The translations under genes were made by a program, and so were the position numbers. Shown here in pieces: positions 7,612 to 13,148 of a DNA stretch of 27,893 nucleotides; the first letter of the stretch is position 1; each line of letters starts with the position of its first letter. The DNA is taken from NCBI GenBank assembly GCA_037443265.1, contig JBBIOR010000008.1:1-27893 (forward strand). The letters are read 5' to 3'. The notes below the pieces were generated by a model that did not search any database, was not told the DNA's origin, and saw nothing but the letters and a program-made list of their open reading frames with translations. This DNA is from Candidatus Fraserbacteria bacterium. Lineage in GTDB: Bacteria; Bipolaricaulota; Bipolaricaulia; RBG-16-55-9.

Positions 7612-8676
7612 TTATAGCCATCTCTTTCGCCGGAAGTAGAAGAGCATGGAGAGGGCCAGCAGGACCATGACCCCCAAGACGGCAAAGTATCCCCAGCGCC
7701 ACTTGAGCTCCGGCATATATTCGAAATTCATCCCATAGACGCCCGCGATGAATGTGAGCGGAATGAAGATCGTGGCGATGATGGTAAGCACCTTCATGAT
7801 CTCGTTCATCCGATGGCTGAGGCTGGATAGATAAATATCGAGCATGCCCGAGATCATATCCCGAAACGTCTCGAGGGCGTCGATGACTTGAATCGTGTGA
7901 TCATAGACGTCTCGCAGATAGATTCGGGTCGGCTCCCCAAAGAGCGAAGACTCTCCGCGATGGAGCGCGCTGATCACCTCGCGCAGCGGCCAGATCGATC
8001 TTCTTAAAAAGATCATCTCCCGCTTGAGATGCTGGATCTCCTGAAGTGTCTGAGAGCTGGGGCTCTCTACCAGCTCCTCGTGGAGCGCTTCCATTCGATC
8101 ACCCAGTCTCTCTAAGATGATAAAATAGTGATCGACAATGGCGTCGATCAACGCATAGGCCAGATAATCCGCGCCCAGCTTACGGATGCGACCCTTCCCG
8201 CTTCTAATCCGCTCGCGGATGGGATCGAAGACATCTCCCACCCTCTCCTGGAAGGAGAGCACGAAATTTCGGCCTAAGATCAAGCTGATTTGCTCATCTT
8301 CTGTTTCAGACTGCCCTTCGTGGTCGTTCAGCATGCGAAGCACGATGAAGATGTGATCGCCGTAGTCTTCCAGCTTGGGGCGCTGGCCGGTGCTCAAGAT
8401 GTCTTCCAAGACCAGAGGGTGCAGGCCGAAGTGTCTTCCGAGGGATTCAATCACCTCCACTTGATGGAGGCCGTCGACGTTGATCCAGGTCACCGTGGGC
8501 GCCTCGCGAAAGGGGAAGCATTCTTCGACGGAGCGGACTTCCCTCTCCTCAAGATGCGTCTCGTCGTAGCCGATGAGCGTAATTTTGACCCTCTCGGCCT
8601 TCTTCTCCCCAATGTGGATCAGGGTTCCTGGCGAAAGCCCGGCTTTTTTGGAGCGCCTTCGGACGAATTTGGGCAT
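7612..8676 (-). CDS. corA: magnesium/cobalt transporter CorA
   Basis: GLSPGTLIHIG, WINVDGLH, GLHPLVLEDI..TGQRPKLEDY, C-terminal two TM helices with YGMNF signature and MPEL. True start ATG 8676 after AAGGGGGA SD (354 aa). Confidence 0.96.
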   Translation of the reverse strand: MPKFVRRRSKKAGLSPGTLIHIGEKKAERVKITLIGYDETHLEEREVRSVEECFPFREAPTVTWINVDGLHQVEVIESLGRHFGLHPLVLEDILSTGQRPKLEDYGDHIFIVLRMLNDHEGQSETEDEQISLILGRNFVLSFQERVGDVFDPIRERIRSGKGRIRKLGADYLAYALIDAIVDHYFIILERLGDRMEALHEELVESPSSQTLQEIQHLKREMIFLRRSIWPLREVISALHRGESSLFGEPTRIYLRDVYDHTIQVIDALETFRDMISGMLDIYLSSLSHRMNEIMKVLTIIATIFIPLTFIAGVYGMNFEYMPELKWRWGYFAVLGVMVLLALSMLFYFRRKRWL

Positions 8677-8694
8677 GGTGATCCCCCTTGAAGG

Positions 8695-8735
8695 TGCTAG
8701 GGGGACCCCCCGGCCGCGGAGGAGTCCCCCTAGCA
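8695..8735 (-). promoter_or_regulatory. intercistronic hairpin between hup and corA
   Basis: Perfect 12-bp inverted repeat TGCTAGGGGGAC/GTCCCCCTAGCA, extended to 17 bp by G.U pairs on the minus strand, 7-nt loop, no U-tract. Confidence 0.75.
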
Positions 8736-8764
8736 GGTGCGAAAGATTGCGGTCAGCCCGAAGC

Positions 8765-9043
8765 TTAACCCCTAGCCAGGGCCTTCTTGAAGGTGGTGCT
8801 GGGGCGGAACTTGGGCACCCAGCGGGCGGGCACTTGAATGGGCTGCTTCGTGCGGGGGTTGATGCGGCGTGCCGCCTTCCGCTGGTATGCCTCAAAGGTG
8901 CCGAACCCCGTCAGCCTCACCTTCTCATTGCGCTGGCAGGATTCCAGAATCAGTGACAGCATGGCATCTAGGGTCTCTCCGGCCTTCCGCTTGGGGAGTT
9001 GGGTCTTTCGGGCGAGCTGCTCTACGAATTCTTGCTTGTTCAT
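8765..9043 (-). CDS. hup: DNA-binding protein HU
   Basis: MNKQE, V.LTGFGTF, R.ARRINPRT...I..PA..VPKFRPS..FK; 92 aa; AGGGAGGAG SD. Confidence 0.95.
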   Translation of the reverse strand: MNKQEFVEQLARKTQLPKRKAGETLDAMLSLILESCQRNEKVRLTGFGTFEAYQRKAARRINPRTKQPIQVPARWVPKFRPSTTFKKALARG

Positions 9044-9093
9044 TGAGAATTCTCCTCCCTTGAAGATGCACGCAGTCTTCCGTTAGAGTCCCG

Positions 9094-9147
9094 CTACTTG
9101 CTAGGCTTGCCGGGTTTAGGGGGTTTCTTCGGTCCTTTATCGCCCAT
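9094..9147 (-). CDS. 17-aa Lys/Pro-rich micro-protein / leader peptide MGDKGPKKPPKPGKPSK
   Basis: Manually translated ATG(9147)..TAG(9094); SD AAGGGAGGTGA at 9166-9156; first ORF downstream of the promoter at 9224-9252. Confidence 0.6.
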   Translation of the reverse strand: MGDKGPKKPPKPGKPSK

Positions 9148-9195
9148 GGAGTCTCTCACCTCCCTTGCGACGAATGGGAAATCTCTTGCTCCATC

Positions 9196-9252
9196 TGGGA
9201 TTTGCACACCCCGCGATCGATGGATCATAATGCAAATCCCATGGGCTGTCAA
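9196..9252. promoter_or_regulatory. divergent promoter region with 11-bp inverted repeat
   Basis: Minus: TTGACA (9252-9247), 17 nt, TATGAT (9229-9224). Plus: TTGCAC (9202-9207), 18 nt, CATAAT (9226-9231). Inverted repeat TGGGATTTGCA (9196-9206) / TGCAAATCCCA (9231-9241). Confidence 0.65.
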
Positions 9253-9263
9253 GAGGGGATCCC

Positions 9264-10406
9264 ATGCGGGATTTGCTGTCAGGTCTTCGAGTGTTGGATC
9301 TCACAGGGCTGCTGCCCGGCCCCTATGCCGCTCTGCTTCTAGCAGACCAAGGGGCGGATGTGATCAAAATTGAGGAGCCAGGGCGGGGAGACCCCGTCCG
9401 CTGGGTTCCGCCTCTGGTGAACGGGCGAAGTACCCGCTTCCTGGCGCTCAATCGCAACAAGAAGAGCCTGACTCTGAACCTCAAAGACCCCAAGGGGCGC
9501 GAGATCTTTCTACGGCTTTCCCAGACGGCCGATATTATTCTAGAGGGCTTTCGGCCCGGCGTGGCCCGGCGTCTGGGGATCGACTATGACCAAGTGCGGC
9601 AAATCAAGCCGGATATTATCTATTGCGCACTGACGGGCTACGGCCAGAGGAGCCCTTATCGCGATCACGTGGGCCATGATATCAATTACATCGCGCGGGC
9701 GGGGCTTCTGAGTCTCACGGGAGAGCGGCCGGTCATTCCGGGGGTGCCGGTGGCCGACTTGGCCGGGGCGATGTTTGCGGCTCTTGCCATACTGAGTGCC
9801 CTGCGGGCCCGAGATCAAGGCCGTGGCGGAGCCTTTTTAGACATCTCGCTTACAGACGCGGTCATCTCCTGGCTGACCGTCCACTGGGCCGAATATTTCG
9901 CCACGAGAAAGTCTCTAAGACCCCAAGAGCTGGTGCTCACCGGGGCTTTCCCGTGTTATCACGTCTATGAGACCCGCGATCATAGATTCATTGTCGTGGG
10001 CGCGCTAGAGCAGAGATTTTGGGCCAAGCTCTGCGAGGCTTTAGGGGTGCCGGAGTTCATCCCGCATCAATTTTCCGTGGAGAGGCGCGCAGAGATCCTG
10101 CGCTCGCTCCAAGCGATCTTCTCCGCGAAGACTCAAGAAGAGTGGCTTTGCCAGCTCGATCCCCGGGAGATTCCCGTAGCTCCAGTGCTCGAATTGGCTG
10201 AAGTCGCCCAGGACCCGCATGGGCGCGAACGGGAACTCATCCGAGAAGATTGGCTCGGCATAGCCTTTCCCGCCCGCATCTTCGGCGCTCCGGAGAAGAG
10301 GGATCAGCCTGCGCCGGAGCTGGGCGAACATACGCGCGAGATCCTGAGGGAGTTGGGGTACTCCCAAGAGGAGATTGACCACCTGGCCCGGCAGAGAGTA
10401 ATTTAA
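9264..10406 (+). CDS. CaiB/BaiF family III CoA-transferase (alpha-methylacyl-CoA racemase-like)
   Basis: LSGLRVLDL...PGP, LAD.GADVIKIE, NRNKKS, EGFRPGV, GHDINYIA, VADL, APELGEHT. Confidence 0.92.
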   Translation: MRDLLSGLRVLDLTGLLPGPYAALLLADQGADVIKIEEPGRGDPVRWVPPLVNGRSTRFLALNRNKKSLTLNLKDPKGREIFLRLSQTADIILEGFRPGVARRLGIDYDQVRQIKPDIIYCALTGYGQRSPYRDHVGHDINYIARAGLLSLTGERPVIPGVPVADLAGAMFAALAILSALRARDQGRGGAFLDISLTDAVISWLTVHWAEYFATRKSLRPQELVLTGAFPCYHVYETRDHRFIVVGALEQRFWAKLCEALGVPEFIPHQFSVERRAEILRSLQAIFSAKTQEEWLCQLDPREIPVAPVLELAEVAQDPHGRERELIREDWLGIAFPARIFGAPEKRDQPAPELGEHTREILRELGYSQEEIDHLARQRVI

Positions 10407-10482
10407 CAAGCGGAAAGGGGCTGAGAGCATACTGGATCTCCGCAATACCCTCAGGCGGCCAGCGCACATCTATCCCAAGCAG

Positions 10483-12003
10483 ATGGCCACGAGATGCCGA
10501 TCTCGGGAGCAGACCTACGCCCAGCTCTACGAGCGCGTAATGAAATTGGCCAACGGGCTGTTAGATCTGGGCCTAGAGCAGGGCGATCGGGTGGCCGTCT
10601 TGATGCTCAACTGCCATCGCTTTCTGGAGCTCTACTACGGGGCGATGTTCGCAGGACTTGTGATCGTGCCCCTCAACATCCGCTGGGGAGCCAAAGAATT
10701 CGCCTATGCCCTGGCCGACTGTCAGCCCAAAGCCTTCGCGCTGGATGCCGCGATCTACCAGCATATTAAGCCCTATATCGAGCAACTTAAGCAGCTGGGT
10801 GTACAGCATTTTCTGTTCACAGACGAGCAGGCCCCCAAGGGCATGATCGCCTATGAAGATCTCTTGCGGAAAGCCTCCACGGAGGAACCCGGCCTCAACC
10901 TGAGCGAAGACGATCTCGTCGGGCTCTTCTACACCTCTGGGACCACGGGCCATCCTAAAGGCGCCATGCTCACTCATAAGAACCTCATGATGAACGCATA
11001 CCACGCGCAGATCGCTTTTAGATTCTACAGTGATAGCGTCTATCTGCATGCGGCCCCCATGTTCCATCTGGCGGATGGGGCCGGAACTTTTACCGTCAGC
11101 TGGAACGGCGGCACGCACGCCTTTGTGCCCCGCTTCGATCCTGAAGCCGTGCTGGCTGCCATTGAACAATACCAAGCCACCACCGTGGTGCTCATCCCCA
11201 CCATGATCAACGCCCTGATCCATCATCCTAGGGTACAGCACAGTAATCTCAGCAGTTTGGCGCAGATTCTTTATGGGGCCTCGCCGATGCCGGTAGAGCT
11301 TCTCAAGCGGGCGATGAAGGTCTTTGGCTGCCAATTCCAGCAGGGCTACGGCATGACCGAGGCTGCGCCTCTGGTGACGGTGCTTACGGCCGAAGATCAC
11401 TGGCGCGCCCTCACAGAAGGCCCGGAGCGCATTCTGGCCTCGGCCGGAAAGCCCATCTTGGGAGTGGACGTGCGCATCGTGGACGATGAGGACCGCGATG
11501 TTCAGCTCGGTGAAGTGGGAGAGATCCTCGTGAGGGGTCCCAACATCATGAAGGGCTACTGGAATCGCCCAGAAGAGACTGAACAGGCCCTGCGGGGCGG
11601 CTGGTATCACACCAAAGACATGGCGAAATTCGACGAGGAGGGCTACATCTACATTGTGGACCGCAAAGATGACATGATCATCACCGGCGGAGAGAATGTC
11701 TATTCTACAGAAGTCGAGTCGGTGCTCTACGAGCACCCGGCGGTGCGGGAGGCCGCCGTGATCGGAGTGCCCGATGAGAAATGGATTCAAGCCATTCGGG
11801 CTGTAGTTGTGCTCCGCGAGGGCTATAGCGCCACCGAGCGCGAGCTCATTGAATTTTGCCGACAGCACCTTTCGCCCTACAAAGTCCCCAAGGGGGTTGA
11901 TCTTGTCCAAGAGCTGCCCAAGGGAGGCACGGGCAAGATTTTAAAGAGCGCGCTTAGGGAGCAGTATCGTGTTCTGATGCAGCAGAAAGGCAAGACCCCA
12001 TGA
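10483..12003 (+). CDS. long-chain-fatty-acid--CoA ligase / acyl-CoA synthetase
   Basis: YTSGTTGHPKG P-loop, YGMTE, GEILVRG, DRKDDMIITGGENVY, GKILK. Real start may be a non-canonical ATA at 10429. Confidence 0.93.
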   Translation: MATRCRSREQTYAQLYERVMKLANGLLDLGLEQGDRVAVLMLNCHRFLELYYGAMFAGLVIVPLNIRWGAKEFAYALADCQPKAFALDAAIYQHIKPYIEQLKQLGVQHFLFTDEQAPKGMIAYEDLLRKASTEEPGLNLSEDDLVGLFYTSGTTGHPKGAMLTHKNLMMNAYHAQIAFRFYSDSVYLHAAPMFHLADGAGTFTVSWNGGTHAFVPRFDPEAVLAAIEQYQATTVVLIPTMINALIHHPRVQHSNLSSLAQILYGASPMPVELLKRAMKVFGCQFQQGYGMTEAAPLVTVLTAEDHWRALTEGPERILASAGKPILGVDVRIVDDEDRDVQLGEVGEILVRGPNIMKGYWNRPEETEQALRGGWYHTKDMAKFDEEGYIYIVDRKDDMIITGGENVYSTEVESVLYEHPAVREAAVIGVPDEKWIQAIRAVVVLREGYSATERELIEFCRQHLSPYKVPKGVDLVQELPKGGTGKILKSALREQYRVLMQQKGKTP

Positions 12004-13145
12004 GGATCGAAGATGTCCGGACGATGGCCGTAATTGGCGCCGGGACGATGGGCCACGGCATTGCGGAGCTGGCCGCTTTGGCGGGCTACGACGTGCGACT
12101 CTACGACATCAGTGAAGAGCGGGCCCAGAAGGGCTTTGGGCAAATCGCCTGGAGCTTGGAAAAGCTCGCTCAGAAGGGCCTGATCACCCGCCAGCAGATC
12201 CAGCCTGCCTTAGAGAAGATCACGCCCCTGGCGGATCTTACGACCGCCGCCCGAGAGGCAGATTTCATCGTCGAGGCGGCCCCGGAGAATCTCAAGCTGA
12301 AGCGCGATCTCTTCAGGAGACTCGCCGAGCTGGCCCCAGCCCACGCGGTGCTCGCGACCAACACGAGCTCATTGCCCATCAGCGATCTGGCATCTGTGAC
12401 GAAGCGGCCTGAGAAAGTCGTGGGCATGCACTTCTTCAATCCCGCGGTGCTCATGCCCTTAGTAGAAGTCATCAAGGGGCGGAAGACGAGTGACGAGACC
12501 GTGCAGCTGACGGTGGAACTCGCCCGCAAGCTTAAAAAGACTCCGGTGGTCTGCCGCAAAGACGTGCGTGGGTTCATCACAAGCTCGATCTTTGAGGGCT
12601 TCATGGGGGAAGCCGCCTGGCAGGCCTCCCGTGAAAATTGCTCGATAAGAGCCATCGATGCCCGCATGAAGCAGGAAGGTTTTCCGATGGGGCCCTTCGA
12701 GCTGGCGGATCTTACGGGACTGGACGTGCAATACAACATTCTCAAGGAGGCCGGGCTGCCCATCCCGCCTCTTCTGGAAGAGAGAGTCCAAGCAGGGCAT
12801 TTGGGCCGCAAGACGGGCCAGGGCTTTTATGATTACACCCGGGGTTCGGGCCCAGACTATAAGCCCGAAGAGGCCCAGGGGTTTGATCCTCTGCCGCTTT
12901 ATGCCATGATGGCTTCCATTGCGGCCCGCTTGATCGAAGAAGACGTGGCCGATCCGGCGGATATTGATCTGGCCATGCGGCTGGGGGGAGGTTTTCCGAA
13001 GGGGCCGTGCGAGCGGGCCGACGCAATGGGGCTTAATGTGATCGTCCAAAAGCTCAATGAGCTTCGGGCCAAGTATCAAGACCCGCGCTATGAGGTCCCC
13101 TCTCTCCTGCGAAAGGTGGCCCAGGAGGGCAAGGGATTCTACTAA
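12000..13145 (+). CDS. 3-hydroxyacyl-CoA dehydrogenase (NAD-binding domain plus two C-terminal domains)
   Basis: VIGAGTMGHGIA Rossmann motif, EAAPE...K, TNTSSL, GMHFFNP, GFPMGPF, GRKTGQGFY, second DIDLAM..GGGFPKGP module; ATGA overlap with the ligase stop. Confidence 0.93.
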   Translation: MRIEDVRTMAVIGAGTMGHGIAELAALAGYDVRLYDISEERAQKGFGQIAWSLEKLAQKGLITRQQIQPALEKITPLADLTTAAREADFIVEAAPENLKLKRDLFRRLAELAPAHAVLATNTSSLPISDLASVTKRPEKVVGMHFFNPAVLMPLVEVIKGRKTSDETVQLTVELARKLKKTPVVCRKDVRGFITSSIFEGFMGEAAWQASRENCSIRAIDARMKQEGFPMGPFELADLTGLDVQYNILKEAGLPIPPLLEERVQAGHLGRKTGQGFYDYTRGSGPDYKPEEAQGFDPLPLYAMMASIAARLIEEDVADPADIDLAMRLGGGFPKGPCERADAMGLNVIVQKLNELRAKYQDPRYEVPSLLRKVAQEGKGFY

Positions 13146-13148
13146 TAC

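Noticed and set aside
8677..8895. 73-aa N-terminal extension of CorA in the ORF track, overlapping hup (possible HU-CorA fusion)
   Set aside because: Extension is low-complexity, crosses a GC hairpin and hup in another frame; a clear SD precedes ATG 8676 and I saw no slippery site.
9044..9147. Stop-codon readthrough fusing the Lys/Pro peptide to HU, or identity with ribosomal protein Thx
   Set aside because: The 50-nt gap puts HU out of frame; the peptide lacks the Arg-rich Thx pattern beyond a superficial MG start.
10573..11910. 445-aa antisense ORF
   Set aside because: Shadow of the acyl-CoA ligase, expected in GC-rich DNA; no recognisable motifs.
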